Assembly: GCA_947628825.1 (NCBI GenBank)
Contig: CANRBH010000002.1
Coordinates: 8,626-72,625, forward strand
Origin: an uncultured Clostridia bacterium
Lineage (GTDB): Bacteria > Bacillota > Clostridia > TANB77 > CAG-508
Direction of reading: 5' to 3'
Length of the DNA stretch: 64,000 nucleotides
The notes beneath the pieces are model-generated. The model searched no databases and was not told the origin of the DNA. It worked only from the letters and a program-made list of their open reading frames with translations. Position 1 is the first letter of the stretch; each line of letters opens with the position of its first letter. Positions 21,064 to 31,164 of this stretch are shown here, piece by piece. A program made the position numbers and the translations under genes.

Positions 21064-21873
21064 ATGTATGATTTAACTAAAGGTAAGATAGTGGGAATAG
21101 TAATAGGAATTTTAGTAATTATATTGCTAATAGTTGGTATAGCAAGTATTACAACTGTGCCAACAGGTTATGTAGGAGTAAAAACAAGATTTGGAAAAGT
21201 ACAAGACGATGTTATACAAGAAGGATTAAATACAAAAGCACCATTTATAGAAAAAATAGTAAAAATTGATTGTAGAACACAAAAAATTGAAACTGCATCA
21301 GAAGGTTCTACAAAAGATATGCAAACAGTTAATATAGCAGTAGCAATAAATTACAACGTAAATAAAGATACAGCAAACAAACTATATAGAGAAGTTGGGA
21401 CTGATTATACAAATATAATAATAAATCCAGCAATATTAGAGGCTATAAAGTCATCAATGGCTCAATATAAAGCAGAAGAACTAATTACAAAAAGAGCAGA
21501 AGTGTCAAACGAAATACAAGAAAATATTATAAAGAAAATTGCCGATAAGGGATTTACTGTAACAGAATTTAATATTACAAACATTGATTTTTCTGAACAA
21601 TACGACCAAGCAATAGAAACAAAAGCAGTAAAGCAACAAGAAGTAATGACAGCACAAGCAGAATTAGAAAAGCAAAAAATCCAAAATGAAAAAGAAATAT
21701 CAGAAGCGGAAAAAGATGCAAAAGTAATGGAATTACAAAATGCTCAAATAACAGAAAATACATTAAGATTAAAAGAGTTAGAAGTACAACAAAAATTAGT
21801 AGAAAAATGGAATGGACAACTTCCTACAACAAGTTTAGGAGATAATATTCCAATGTTAAATATAGGAAAATAA
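21064..21873 (+). CDS. SPFH/band-7 (prohibitin-like) membrane protein
   Basis: N-terminal TM, then VPTGYVGVKTRFGKV...TKDMQTVNIAVAINY... SPFH core and a C-terminal coiled coil. Confidence 0.75.
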   Translation: MYDLTKGKIVGIVIGILVIILLIVGIASITTVPTGYVGVKTRFGKVQDDVIQEGLNTKAPFIEKIVKIDCRTQKIETASEGSTKDMQTVNIAVAINYNVNKDTANKLYREVGTDYTNIIINPAILEAIKSSMAQYKAEELITKRAEVSNEIQENIIKKIADKGFTVTEFNITNIDFSEQYDQAIETKAVKQQEVMTAQAELEKQKIQNEKEISEAEKDAKVMELQNAQITENTLRLKELEVQQKLVEKWNGQLPTTSLGDNIPMLNIGK

Positions 21874-21928
21874 ACAACTAGGGGTAGGCATAAAAGTCTA
21901 CCCCTTTAATGAAACATAGGAGGAAATT

Positions 21929-22609
21929 ATGGCTATTATAAGAAACAGAAATAAAGAAAATTATACAGTTATAGATAGTGCAATATTAAAAAATAAAAAA
22001 TTATCCTTAAAAGCAAGAGGAATGTTACTAACATTATTAAGTTTGCCAGATGATTGGGAATTTAGTGAAAATGGATTAGAAACATTATTTTGTGATGGAC
22101 TTACAGCCATAAAAACAGCATTGAAAGAATTAGAAAACGAAGGATATTTAATTCGAGAAAAATACAAAAATGAAAAAGGGCAATTTAGTACATATTGGAC
22201 TATATTAGAAAATCCACAACAGAAAATCCGTGATGGAAATTCCGCAACGGAAAATGATACCCAATCTAATACTAAAATAAAATACTTAAATAATAATATA
22301 TGTCCATCAAAAGATGAACAGGATAATCCACCTTTGAAGGAAACAGAATTAGCAGATAACTTTGATAAGATATGGAAGTTGTATCCTAGAAAAGATGGTA
22401 AAAATACAGCATATAGGCATTATAAGGCTTGGCTTGAAGGAAAAATGTATGCTGGAAGAAAAGTAAAACTCGATAATAAGCAAATGTGGTATGCAACAAA
22501 GAAATATGCTGATTTAGTGGCAAAAGAAAAAATAGACAAGCAGTATATCAAAATGGGCAGTACATTTTTCAATGAGGCTATTATGGAGTTTGTGGAGGAA
22601 AATGCATGA
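21929..22609 (+). CDS. Replication-initiation / replisome-organizer-like wHTH protein
   Basis: N-terminal YTVIDSAILKNKKLSLKARGMLLTLLSLPDDWEFSENGL...ELENEGYLIRE winged-helix pattern. Positioned before the helicase genes. Confidence 0.5.
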   Translation: MAIIRNRNKENYTVIDSAILKNKKLSLKARGMLLTLLSLPDDWEFSENGLETLFCDGLTAIKTALKELENEGYLIREKYKNEKGQFSTYWTILENPQQKIRDGNSATENDTQSNTKIKYLNNNICPSKDEQDNPPLKETELADNFDKIWKLYPRKDGKNTAYRHYKAWLEGKMYAGRKVKLDNKQMWYATKKYADLVAKEKIDKQYIKMGSTFFNEAIMEFVEENA

Positions 22610-23984
22610 AATTACATAGTGAAAATAAAACATATAAGTTATATCAACGGAAATATGTTGAATATGTTAGAAATAATAGAAAAAGAAAGTATAGATAGTA
22701 TAGTAACAGACCCACCTTATGGATTAACAAGCATAACAAAAAGATTTGGAAAAGAAGGCTCAGCTCCAACTCAATATGGAAAAGATGGTGCATTTAGTAG
22801 GGTATCAAAAGGATTTATGGGTAAAGAGTGGGATGGTTCAGGCATTGAATATAATGTTGAAACTTGGCAAAAATGCTATGAAGCATTAAAACCACGGAGG
22901 ATATTTATTAGCATTTGGTGGAACAAGAACATATCATAGAATAGCGTGTAGCATAGAAGATGCAGGATTTGAAATAAGAGATTGTATTATGTGGCTATAT
23001 GGAAGTGGATTTCCAAAGTCAATGGATATAAGTAAACAAATAGATAAAAAATTAGGAGCAGAAAGAGAAGTAATAGGTAAACAATATAAAGGGAGTTCTC
23101 CGTTACCTGGAAATCATAAAGATACTTGGGCAGATAATCAAAAAGATGGAGAATTTGATATAACAAAACCAGCAACAGAATTAGCGAAGCAATGGGAAGG
23201 CTGGGGAACTTGTCTAAAACCAGCTTATGAGCCAATAATAGTAGCAAGAAAACCATTTAAAGGAAGTTTAGTGGATAATATAATAGAAAATAGTGTTGGT
23301 GGAATAAATATAGATGAATGTAGAATTGGAAACGAAGAAAGAACATATAAAGGAGTTGGTGGAAGTAGTACTACGTTTATTGGTGGGGTATTTGAAAAAG
23401 GTAGCTCACAAAATAAAAAATATACAGTAAATGGTCGTTTTCCATCAAATGTAATTTTAACTTATGACCAAATAACTTTTGATGAAGTTTGTGGGGCAAT
23501 GCCTTATACAAAAGGAAATGGAAATATAAGACATAATAAAAATATACATAGAAATTGTTATGGTAAATATAACCCTAATGAAGGTTATGGATATGAAGAT
23601 GAAGGTTCTGCAAGTAGATATTTTTATTGTGCGAAAGCAAGTAAAAAAGATAGAGATGAAGGATTAGATAAATTTAATCAACTAACTGTTGATGATGGAA
23701 GAAATAAAACAATAGATAATCCATTTCAAAGAGGAGAAACACTTAGAAAAAATACACATCCAACAGTAAAACCAACAGAACTTATGCAATATTTAGTAAG
23801 ACTTGTTTCTCCCAAAAGTGCAATTATTTTAGATCCATTTATGGGTAGTGGAAGTACAGGGAAAGCTGTAATGTATGAAAATGTAGAAAGAAATGCAGAT
23901 TATAAATTTATTGGAATAGAAAAAGAAAAAGAATATTGCGATATAGCAGAAGCAAGAATTGAGTATGCAACAAAAAAACAATGA
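22606..23984 (+). CDS. DNA N4/N6 methyltransferase (DPPY class), continuous only with two +1 shifts at CGG-A (22648 and 22895)
   Basis: ATG 22606 overlaps the previous stop (ATGA). MKLHSENKTYKLYQ-CGG A->GNMLNML..SIVTDPPYG...ALKP-CGG A->GGYLLAFGGTRTYHR...HPTVKP...LDPFMGSGSTG. Confidence 0.85.
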
Positions 23985-24595
23985 AAAAAGATACTTTAAA
24001 ATGGAGAATAATTATGAATAATCCAGAACAAATAAAGCAACTATTAACACCAATTATGGTAGCACAACATTATCTAGGGCAAGGTAAAACAAAAGGTAAT
24101 AAAGTATGGTACAAATCTCCTTTTAGAAATGAAAGAACAGCATCATTTATGGTAGAAGAAGAAACATTCCACGATTTTGGAGATGGTTGGCACGGAGATG
24201 TAATTGATTTTGTTGAAAGATACTACAACACAGATTTCATAAATGCTATGAAGATATTAAGCAGAGATTTTGGATTACCAGAAGATGAACCCATATCAAA
24301 AGAAGTAGAGCAATACATAAAACGAAAAAGAGAAGAAGAACAACAAATGAAAAGAAATTTAGATAATTGGTTTAATAGTACATATAACAAATTATGTGAT
24401 GAATTGCATATAACAGAAAAGGTTATCAAAAATACAGCAATGCAAAATAAATTAGTTGGACTTTGGAAGTATTTATATAACAGAGAAAGCAAATTAAATT
24501 ATTTATGGGAAATATTTTTTGATGCAGTAGATGATGAGCAAAAGAAACTTGAATTATGGAGAGATAAGGAGGAGATAGAGAAATGCCTGAAATAG
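23981..24595 (+). CDS. DnaG zinc-finger-like protein (Cys ligands degenerate)
   Basis: YKSPFRNERTASFMVEE..FHDFGDGWHGDVIDFV mirrors the CHC2 primase finger (CPFH.EKTPSF..F.CFGCG..GD.I.F) but lacks the cysteines. Confidence 0.45.
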   Translation: MKKDTLKWRIIMNNPEQIKQLLTPIMVAQHYLGQGKTKGNKVWYKSPFRNERTASFMVEEETFHDFGDGWHGDVIDFVERYYNTDFINAMKILSRDFGLPEDEPISKEVEQYIKRKREEEQQMKRNLDNWFNSTYNKLCDELHITEKVIKNTAMQNKLVGLWKYLYNRESKLNYLWEIFFDAVDDEQKKLELWRDKEEIEKCLK

Positions 24596-24963
24596 AAGTT
24601 GGGGAATATGGAAGAACTAATTTAGGAAATATTTTTATATTTGCTTGGTTAGAAAATGCAGATGGTATTAAGTATGAAGATAAAGTAATTTTAATTAAAA
24701 ATAATAAAGTAATAAATGAATTTTATTACTTTAAAGGAAATGAAAAAATAGTCAAACATTCTAAAAACATAATAGACCTAATAGAAGTAGGCGACTATGT
24801 AAATGGATATGAAGTATTAGATAAATATTTATTTAATGGAGAAAAACCTGTATTAGAAACAAATGGAGAAGAGACTAATTGTAAATGCTTATGTGATTTG
24901 GATATAAGAACAATAGTAACAAAAGAACAATTTGAACAAGTTCAATATAAAGTAGGTGATTAG
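24583..24963 (+). CDS. Hypothetical protein
   Basis: 126 aa; AAGGAGG SD. Confidence 0.5.
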   Translation: MPEIEVGEYGRTNLGNIFIFAWLENADGIKYEDKVILIKNNKVINEFYYFKGNEKIVKHSKNIIDLIEVGDYVNGYEVLDKYLFNGEKPVLETNGEETNCKCLCDLDIRTIVTKEQFEQVQYKVGD

Positions 24964-24965
24964 CC

Positions 24966-25964
24966 TTGCAAGATGTAACACAAGAAGAACAAGCAGAATT
25001 ACTTGGTAAAAAACCAGAACCACCACTTTATTATAAATTCGGTGATTATAAATATAATACAAATTCAAAAGAAAGAGTATTGTCAGGGATAAATAGATTA
25101 GATGAACTTACAAAAGGATTTGAAATGGGTTGTATAACAATATGGACAGGCTTAACTAATGCAGGAAAAACAACAGTCATGACAATGATTACAAAACAAA
25201 CAATAGAGCAAGGAGAAAAGGTATTTTACTTTAATGGAGAGCAGACAAAAGACGACTTCAAAAACAATCTTTATAAGCAGTCAGTAGAAAAAGGACATAT
25301 ACAAGGCAAGAGATACAAAAAAACACAAATTATTGATTGGTTTGTAGAAGATAGTGAGGTTGAAAGACTAAATAAAATGTATTCAAATAGCCTATTTGTA
25401 TATAACAACGAAATGGCAAGAACAATAGATATGATTTTACACGCAATGGAAGAAGTTAGAGTGAAGTATGGTGTAAGAGTGTTTATGCTAGATAATTTTA
25501 TGCAAATAGATACAAGTTCATCTGACGAATACAGAGAACAAAAAGAAATAATGGAGAAGTTGAGAACATTTGCAGTAAACAAGAATGTACATATACATTT
25601 AGTTGCGCACCCACGAAAAATAGACAAACTTAATACGAGAATAACTATATATGATGTTATGGGAAGTTCTAATTTAGTAAATAAAGCCTACAATGTAATT
25701 TCAATTATTAGAACAGACAATTTAACAGATGATGATAGTGAATATAAGAGATTAGCAAAATATATGGCAAGTGAAGGATATGACATTACACAAGCAAGTT
25801 CTGTATTAGAGGTATTAAAGACAAAGGGTGAAAAATGTGGATTAGTAGGGTTAATATATGACCCATTAACTAAAACATATAAGCAGTTACCACGAACAAT
25901 GAGTAAAAAAGAAATACAAGAGCAAATGACAATACAAAGCAATGTTGATACTTGTCCATTTTAG
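24966..25964 (+). CDS. DnaB-like RecA-fold replicative helicase (TTG start)
   Basis: Walker A GLTNAGKTT, Walker B VFMLDNF, HLVAHPRK. Confidence 0.6.
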   Translation: MQDVTQEEQAELLGKKPEPPLYYKFGDYKYNTNSKERVLSGINRLDELTKGFEMGCITIWTGLTNAGKTTVMTMITKQTIEQGEKVFYFNGEQTKDDFKNNLYKQSVEKGHIQGKRYKKTQIIDWFVEDSEVERLNKMYSNSLFVYNNEMARTIDMILHAMEEVRVKYGVRVFMLDNFMQIDTSSSDEYREQKEIMEKLRTFAVNKNVHIHLVAHPRKIDKLNTRITIYDVMGSSNLVNKAYNVISIIRTDNLTDDDSEYKRLAKYMASEGYDITQASSVLEVLKTKGEKCGLVGLIYDPLTKTYKQLPRTMSKKEIQEQMTIQSNVDTCPF

Positions 25965-25973
25965 GAGGAAATT

Positions 25974-26402
25974 ATGAGAGTATATAAATTTAGAGCTTGG
26001 GATAATTATAATAATCAAATGTTAGATGTTCAAGAGTTAAATTTTGAAGATTGTTTCTATGGTGGGGAAATGCAAATAAGAACAACTATGTATAGTGATT
26101 ATTTCGATTGCAGAGAAATGCCTATTATGCAATATACTGGAATAAAAGATGAAAATGGGATTGAAATATATGAAGGAGATATTATTGATTTTTCTTATGA
26201 TATGTTTGTCGGCAATTTTGATACTTTTATTGCAAAAGGAAAAATATTTTTTGAAGATGGTGCTTTTTATGTTGAATGTATTGAAAATGAAAGAACAACC
26301 AAAGGAGAGGCATATTTGTTATATAGCATAAATATAGACACTATTGAGGTAATAGGAAATATATATAATAACCCAGAATTATTGGAGAAACCAAATGAAT
26401 GA
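25974..26402 (+). CDS. YopX family protein
   Basis: YKFRAWD...MQYTGIKDENGIEIYEGDII...VIGNIYNNPELL. Confidence 0.8.
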   Translation: MRVYKFRAWDNYNNQMLDVQELNFEDCFYGGEMQIRTTMYSDYFDCREMPIMQYTGIKDENGIEIYEGDIIDFSYDMFVGNFDTFIAKGKIFFEDGAFYVECIENERTTKGEAYLLYSINIDTIEVIGNIYNNPELLEKPNE

Positions 26403-26607
26403 TTTAGATAAATTAAAACAAGAATATAATCACAATTTAACAAGATATTACAATGGTTGCAAATATTTAGAAGACAATTCTGAACAATGGGATTTATACA
26501 TACAAGAAATATTCAACATATTAGAAAATATAAATAAGATATTAGCACAAATATCAATTTATGAAAAGCCGAATAAAAAAGAAATTTTAGAAGGATTTGA
26601 ATTATGA
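26395..26607 (+). CDS. Hypothetical protein
   Basis: 70 aa ORF overlapping its neighbours by a few nt. Confidence 0.45.
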   Translation: MNDLDKLKQEYNHNLTRYYNGCKYLEDNSEQWDLYIQEIFNILENINKILAQISIYEKPNKKEILEGFEL

Positions 26608-26768
26608 AACAATTAGAAAAAGATACAGTTTGCTATTATTGCTATGGTTGTAACAAGTTACTTTTAGAAAACTTTAACGGAATAAAACATTGTAACGGGT
26701 TTGCACCAGCATATAGCAATTGGCAGGAAAGGTACTATAAAGCATTGAAGGAGGAAAAAAATGAATAA
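26604..26768 (+). CDS. Small Cys-rich protein (below track cutoff)
   Basis: MKQLEKDTVCYYCYGCNKLL...HCNGF; 54 aa; ATGA-type overlap. Confidence 0.4.
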   Translation: MKQLEKDTVCYYCYGCNKLLLENFNGIKHCNGFAPAYSNWQERYYKALKEEKNE

Positions 26769-26900
26769 AGAAACTTTTATAAAAATGCTAGAAACATTAG
26801 ATATAGCAAAAATTACATATTTTAATATAAAATATGAAGATTATTCAGTAAATAACAATAATAATGAATTAAGTTTTGATAATGATTAGGAGGAATAGCA

Positions 26901-27074
26901 ATGCAATGTAAATGGGTAAAAGTAGAAGGGAATACTACCAAATACTTTAAATGTACTTTAAAAGATAAAGCAATAGATGAGTATAAATGTAGAGAATGTC
27001 CTTTGTTTATAAAAGATAATAAAGCAGATGATGTAGTAAAGCAATTATTTGGTATGTTTGGAGGTAAAAGATAA
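26901..27074 (+). CDS. Small Cys-rich protein (below track cutoff)
   Basis: MQCKWVKVEGNTTKYFKCTLKDKAIDEYKCRECPLF; 57 aa; AGGAGG SD; TAATG overlap with the next gene. Confidence 0.4.
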   Translation: MQCKWVKVEGNTTKYFKCTLKDKAIDEYKCRECPLFIKDNKADDVVKQLFGMFGGKR

Positions 27075-27280
27075 TGGAGTTATATTTTGCAGTAAACAAA
27101 GAAACAGGAGAAATATTTAATAGTATGGGGTGTTATGCTAACAAAGTGTCTTATGTTAAATTAGCACATTTAAAGGCATTATTCACAAATAGAAATATAG
27201 ATAAGAATAAATACAATTTTTATAGGGTAGCAATTATAAATAAACAACCCATTATTGAAAAAGTTGAGGTGAATAGTTAG
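27074..27280 (+). CDS. Hypothetical protein
   Basis: 68 aa; GGAGGT SD. Confidence 0.5.
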   Translation: MELYFAVNKETGEIFNSMGCYANKVSYVKLAHLKALFTNRNIDKNKYNFYRVAIINKQPIIEKVEVNS

Positions 27281-27629
27281 GAGTATTAACAGTAAACAAA
27301 AAGGGAAAAGTGGAGAGTTAGAGTTAGTCCACAAATTAAAAGACTATGGATATGACTGTAGGAGAACAAATCAATTTTGTGGAAATACAGGACAAGCTGA
27401 TGATGTTGTAGGCTTAGATTATATACATATTGAGTGTAAAAGAGTTGAGAAATTTAACATAGATAATGCAATAGAACAAGCAGTAAGAGATACAAAAGAC
27501 GATAAAATTCCTACAGTATTCCATAGAAAAAATAGAAAAGGATGGCTAGTTACAATGAGATTAGATGATTTTATGAAAATATACAATGAATATTATAGTT
27601 CAATGAAACTAGCAGAAAGGGATAAATAA
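27279..27629 (+). CDS. PD-(D/E)xK Holliday-junction-resolvase-like nuclease; proposed AGG start (not in ORF track)
   Basis: Open frame 27273-27629 encodes ..KGKSGELELVHKLKDYGYDC...DDVVGLDYIHIECKRVEK... There is no ATG/GTG/TTG until near the 3' end. AGG at 27279 lies 7 nt after GAGGTG and overlaps the upstream TAG (TAGG). Confidence 0.6.
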   Translation, partial: RSINSKQKGKSGELELVHKLKDYGYDCRRTNQFCGNTGQADDVVGLDYIHIECKRVEKFNIDNAIEQAVRDTKDDKIPTVFHRKNRKGWLVTMRLDDFMKIYNEYYSSMKLAERDK

Positions 27630-28021
27630 TGGAAGAAAAAATAATAAAAAGATTAGATGAATGTGATGAAGAAGAAATAAAGGAATTGCTAATAGGCAGA
27701 AAAGTAAAAGTTGATGAAAAGAATGATAGATTAATACTTGATAATGGAATAATATTAGAAATTATAGCCAATACAGGGTGTGGAGGTTGTTATAGTGGTT
27801 GGTATTCAATTACAAAATTAAATGAAGTAGATAATGCTATAACAAATGTAGAATTTGTATGCGATAGTGAAACTGAAAGTGATGATGATGATACATCATA
27901 TAAAATATTTGTATTTTGTGAAGATACTCGAATTAATTTATTACAAGTAGATGGTTCAGATGGAAACGGATATTATGGAACAGGGTATGAAATAATTGTA
28001 AAGGAAGTTAAGGAGGAGTAA
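27629..28021 (+). CDS. Hypothetical protein
   Basis: 130 aa; TAATG overlap with the resolvase-like gene. Confidence 0.5.
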   Translation: MEEKIIKRLDECDEEEIKELLIGRKVKVDEKNDRLILDNGIILEIIANTGCGGCYSGWYSITKLNEVDNAITNVEFVCDSETESDDDDTSYKIFVFCEDTRINLLQVDGSDGNGYYGTGYEIIVKEVKEE

Positions 28022-28024
28022 CAA

Positions 28025-28330
28025 ATGAAAATTGCAAGATTAAGAAATTTAGAAAAAGTTGTTGAAGGGATATTAAGAAAATCTGAACTAGCAAGAGAAG
28101 ATGATTGCTATTTGATTTTAGAAGTAATTAGAGAATTATATCCTTTTGAAGTAGGAAAAACATTTGCACAAGTAATGTTTAGTGCCAAAAGCAAAGGAAT
28201 AAGTTTTGAATCAATTACAAGATGTCGAAGGAAATTACAAAAAAAATACCCTGAATTAAAGAATAATAAAATAGCAGATATTAGAGATAAAGAACAAGAA
28301 GAATATAAGAAATTTGCAAAGGAGAAATAG
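28025..28330 (+). CDS. Hypothetical protein
   Basis: 101 aa; AAGGAGG SD. Confidence 0.5.
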   Translation: MKIARLRNLEKVVEGILRKSELAREDDCYLILEVIRELYPFEVGKTFAQVMFSAKSKGISFESITRCRRKLQKKYPELKNNKIADIRDKEQEEYKKFAKEK

Positions 28331-28618
28331 ATGGAATTTATAAAGATAATAGGGAAAATAATTATATTTGTATTTGGTGGTTATTTTGGAATATGTCTTA
28401 TGTATGCAATTTATTATAATTTATGGAAAAATGATAAAAATCAGAAAGGCTAAATTATGAAAAAAAAATATAAAAAATGTAATATTGAGTTAGTAGATAA
28501 GTTGGAAAACAAAATAGAATTAAAGGCAGTAGAGCTTATATTAGATACTAAATACAATAGAGCAAAAATAAGAGAACTAACTAAAAGAATAATTGAAAAA
28601 GAAGAAATGGAGAAATAA

Positions 28619-29029
28619 ATGAGGTCATTAGATTTATTAGAAGAATTAAATAAAATTTTAATAGATGCTAAAAAGAGATGTCAGATATGTTATGAGAATG
28701 TTGGAGAAAAAGATAAAGAAAAATGTGATCTAGACCATGATTTAATCAATACATATATGACAATGTCAGCTAAAGAAAAACGAGAATATACAGATAAATA
28801 TTTTGAATGCTTGGTAGAAAGACATAATAATAAGTATGAATATAGAGAATTAGAGATATTAAAGGCACTATATGAAGTAGCAGGACTAGAAAAAGCATTA
28901 AATGATACATTAGCTAAATTAAGGAAATTAAATCAAGAGCAAGAGCAACCAATTTATTATAAAAGAGCAAAAAAGAATAAAGGTGAAATCACTATAATTA
29001 CGAAGGAGGAAAAAAACAATGGCATTTGA
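28619..29029 (+). CDS. Hypothetical protein
   Basis: 136 aa ORF. Confidence 0.45.
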   Translation: MRSLDLLEELNKILIDAKKRCQICYENVGEKDKEKCDLDHDLINTYMTMSAKEKREYTDKYFECLVERHNNKYEYRELEILKALYEVAGLEKALNDTLAKLRKLNQEQEQPIYYKRAKKNKGEITIITKEEKNNGI

Positions 29030-29771
29030 TTTAGATGATGAAGAATTAGAAGCAACTAGAATATTAAATGGAGTAGAAAAAAAGAAAAGAGGTATTACAA
29101 AAGATAAAGTTGATGATTTAAAAATGAAACAAAAAGAAAATGAAAATAAATTGTTAAGTATGAAAACAGAATTAGTAAAACAAGAATATCAAAATAATTT
29201 AAAAGAAATTATGGAACAAAAAATGTTTGATTTAGCATATAAATTAAAACATATTGAAGAAGGAAAAGATTTGTCAGTAATTGAATTAAAGTCATTATTA
29301 AGTCAAAAAAATACAATAGGAATATCTCCTAAATATAATAATACAGAATTGTCTATATTGTTTGATTATTATAAACAGTTTATACAAGAAATAAATAAGA
29401 AAACATCATATATACCAACAAAAGAAGATTTTTGTAGTTTTGCAGGGGTAAGTACAACTACATATAACAATTGGAAACAAAGTGAAGATGCAGAACGTAG
29501 AGAAATAATGCAAAAAATAGATGATTATTTAGTTGATATTCATTTATCAATGGCACAAAGGGGAGATATAAGAGAAATTTCAACAATATTTAGAGCTAAA
29601 TCTGAATTTGGAATGGTAGAAGCACAAGCACCACAGCGAGTTGAATATGGTGTAACAGCAGATATGAAACAAATTATGAAAAATATAGATGCAATAAACT
29701 CAGGGAAAAGCCTTAAAGCAATAGAATTAGAAGAAGGCGAAGATGGAGTTTATAGACCAAAGGAGAATTAA
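29019..29771 (+). CDS. Terminase small subunit-like DNA-binding protein
   Basis: IPTKEDFCSFAGVSTTTYNNWKQ....IMQKIDDYL......IFRAKSEFGM follows the TerS pattern (P.T..gf....g.s..T..nY ... iF.LKn.fGw). Confidence 0.5.
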   Translation: MAFDLDDEELEATRILNGVEKKKRGITKDKVDDLKMKQKENENKLLSMKTELVKQEYQNNLKEIMEQKMFDLAYKLKHIEEGKDLSVIELKSLLSQKNTIGISPKYNNTELSILFDYYKQFIQEINKKTSYIPTKEDFCSFAGVSTTTYNNWKQSEDAERREIMQKIDDYLVDIHLSMAQRGDIREISTIFRAKSEFGMVEAQAPQRVEYGVTADMKQIMKNIDAINSGKSLKAIELEEGEDGVYRPKEN

Positions 29772-29774
29772 ATT

Positions 29775-29972
29775 ATGGAAACAGATATTAAATTTATGAA
29801 TACTACACCACAGATGGTATGGGAACTAGAAAAAATATTAGATTATTTAGTACAAAATAATACATATAATGCTCAAATAGGTAATATTACAATTTTTTAT
29901 AAAGGAGTAAAAGAAAACACATCAAACGATAAAAGACAAATTTTTGAAATTCAAAGAAAATTGGAGGAATAA
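29775..29972 (+). CDS. Hypothetical protein
   Basis: 65 aa; AAAGGAG SD. Confidence 0.45.
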   Translation: METDIKFMNTTPQMVWELEKILDYLVQNNTYNAQIGNITIFYKGVKENTSNDKRQIFEIQRKLEE

Positions 29973-29976
29973 ACAA

Positions 29977-30243
29977 ATGAAGTTGATAGAGTATATTCCA
30001 ATAGGAAAGCAAAATAAAGAAACAAGAGAAGTGTTGATGGATAAAACTAAATTAACACTTAGGCAATTTAGAAAAGAATTAGCTAGATTAAGGAATAAAT
30101 ATATAATAATAAATGACAATGGTTATTATTTACCAGCCAACAAAGAGGAATACGAAGAATTTATAGAAAAGCAGAATGGAAAATATTGTGAAATAAGAAA
30201 AACAATAGATTTAGCTTATAAGGAGATGAAAGATAAATGTTAA
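29977..30243 (+). CDS. Hypothetical protein
   Basis: Start MKLIEYIP after TTGGAGG; the track start at 29944 lies inside the previous gene. Confidence 0.45.
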   Translation: MKLIEYIPIGKQNKETREVLMDKTKLTLRQFRKELARLRNKYIIINDNGYYLPANKEEYEEFIEKQNGKYCEIRKTIDLAYKEMKDKC

Positions 30244-30524
30244 GCAAAAAAATAAATTTAATAGATATAGTAAAACTGCAAAAATGGTATATAGATATTT
30301 TTGAAGAAGAAGATAATGATTATCCAAATTATAGAGTAATAGGACAAAAAAATAGACATACTCAAAGAATATTAAATAAAATTACATCTGATAAAGAAGA
30401 ACAAAATAAAATATATGACATTATAGTTCATGAAAGTTGGAATATGCAAGATGGAACATTTAAACCAATATGTGATGGAATAAGAGCATTAGGTTATAAA
30501 GTTATAAGTAAGGAGAAAAATTAA
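30237..30524 (+). CDS. Hypothetical protein
   Basis: 95 aa; AAGGAG SD. Confidence 0.45.
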   Translation: MLSKKINLIDIVKLQKWYIDIFEEEDNDYPNYRVIGQKNRHTQRILNKITSDKEEQNKIYDIIVHESWNMQDGTFKPICDGIRALGYKVISKEKN

Positions 30525-31151
30525 ATGGAAGAATATCATAAAATACAAACATTATTCAAAAGAGATGAAAAGACAAAGAAGTTAATTGAAGGAGAATTTA
30601 CTGATAAAACAGTAGAGTTTATAAAAAATCTTAAATGGCAATTTACTGAAAAGATAGACGGAACTAATATAAGAATTTTGTGGGACGGACATAAAGTAAG
30701 ATTTGGAGCTAGAACAGATGATGGACAAATTCCAGCGATATTAACAAATAGATTAGTTGAATTATTTGCAGGAGAAAAGAACGAGCAATTATTTGAGCAA
30801 AAATTTGGAGAAACAGAAGTAATGCTTTGTGGCGAAGGTTATGGTGAAAAAATTCAAAATGGTGGCTTATATAGAAAAGGACAAGATTTTATCTTATTTG
30901 ATGTAAAAATAGCAGGAAACTGGCAACCTCGTGAAAGTGTAGAAGATATTGCAAGATATTTTGGAATAGATGTAGTTCCTATTGTACTGGAAGGAACGAT
31001 ACAAGAAGGAATAGATTTTGTAAAATCAGCACCTGATTCAAAAATAGGAACAGCAAAAGCAGAAGGAGTAGTAGGTAGACCATTTATAGAAATGCAAGAC
31101 AGATGTGGTAATAGGCTAATTGTTAAGATAAAAGTAAATGATTTTAAGTAG
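30525..31151 (+). CDS. ATP-dependent RNA ligase-like nucleotidyltransferase (minimal, 208 aa)
   Basis: Motif I KIDGTN (KxDG), CGEGYG, ILFDV, AEGVVGRP and IVKIK follow the covalent nucleotidyltransferase motifs I-V of RNA/DNA ligases. Confidence 0.7.
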   Translation: MEEYHKIQTLFKRDEKTKKLIEGEFTDKTVEFIKNLKWQFTEKIDGTNIRILWDGHKVRFGARTDDGQIPAILTNRLVELFAGEKNEQLFEQKFGETEVMLCGEGYGEKIQNGGLYRKGQDFILFDVKIAGNWQPRESVEDIARYFGIDVVPIVLEGTIQEGIDFVKSAPDSKIGTAKAEGVVGRPFIEMQDRCGNRLIVKIKVNDFK

Positions 31152-31164
31152 GAGGAATTGATAT

